Positions 63,107-64,000 of a DNA stretch of 64,000 nt are shown here, piece by piece. The notes under the pieces were generated by a model that saw only the letters and a list, made by a program, of their open reading frames with translations, made no database searches and was not told where the DNA came from. Source of the stretch: Haliotis rubra (lineage: Eukaryota). Made by a program: the position numbers and the translations under genes. The stretch lies in contig NW_025767511.1 of the NCBI RefSeq assembly GCF_003918875.1, positions 186,001-250,000 of the forward strand, in the 5' to 3' direction. Numbering within the stretch: the first letter of the stretch is position 1; every line of letters starts with the position of its first letter.

Positions 63107-64000
63107 GTCAGTCAAGGCCAAATGGAATTTTGACCCGTGTGCTTAAACGTGACTGTTTTTATATCAAATAATCATTGTGTGAAATGTGCAATAGGTAAAC
63201 TGTTGTGTACAGTGAACACTTAGACCCGACAGGCATCGAATGGACATTAGCACATAAGCATCCCCTGAAAATATTATCCTCCAAAGTGAATCTGCTGAAG
63301 GATCGATGTTTGACATCCAGGAGAGGTTGACCGTATAATATGGGTTCGTTATCAATAAAAAAAACCCTTGCCTGCTGTTTTAAGGGTTGCGGATAGTCTG
63401 TGGTCTGACCTTTCATGACCACTCGACCTTTCCGAAATCTTCAATAAGACACTAATCCATGTTTTTTAAACAATCTAATCCACTGGGTCCTGGAACTGTT
63501 AGACGAAGAACCCCCTCTAACGAACCGATCATTTGAACGGTAACAGACATAGTTTGTTTACAAAAAGGTAAATTGTCAAAACAAAAAAAGCGATATACCC
63601 TCATTCCCATTTTTACAAAGCGATCTTGGCGCTTCGATGATATCCCCTATTCTAACACAGCCTTAAGATAGTCGTAGCGCTAATATAGGTTTATGCAACA
63701 ATACTGAAACCGTACTATCTCAAATAAGAATCCAGCAAAAATCGCCCCCTGCTCCTAACCTCTTCCACCAACCCTACTGAATATCAAATGGTCGGTTCCT
63801 TAAGAGTTTAAAAATGTATTATCAGAACCAAGTGACAGTCTTCGTCAAAACTGTCTATCTTCGTTATAATGGCCATCGATTGATTATCGTAAAATAACCA
63901 TTGATTACTTATTTATCATATGAAAGTAAGTGATTGTGGGCTAACACTTATTTTTTCAAGCAATATTATGGCAGGTGACACCAAAATGAGTTTCACCCAT

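Overview
Eukaryotic, repeat-rich animal DNA. The SINE content suggests a gastropod mollusc, possibly abalone (inference). The first half holds a tandem array of seven near-identical serpin genes whose coding sequence is uninterrupted (ATGs at 2875, 6843, 10395, 13938, 17486, 21945, 25492; ~3.55-kb period, alternating A/B types). Their bodies are homogenised, but the reactive centre loop (RCL) P5-P1 is hypervariable: TIKKR|S, TIMFL|S, IFMSN|S, RIMTR|S, MIMCN|S, TFMFL|S, RIMTR|S. All seven end in a KDEL-like signal (KSEL/KTEL) and have a splice acceptor 4 nt before the ATG. An eighth, divergent serpin (31170-32330) has a CrmA-length loop with a DCVD|G caspase-like bait. The window also has LINE fragments, three SINE families, at least eight small TIR elements, four tandem repeats, a 140-N gap and a single-pass LRR membrane protein gene (61504-63106). 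Several frameshifts look like assembly or polishing errors.
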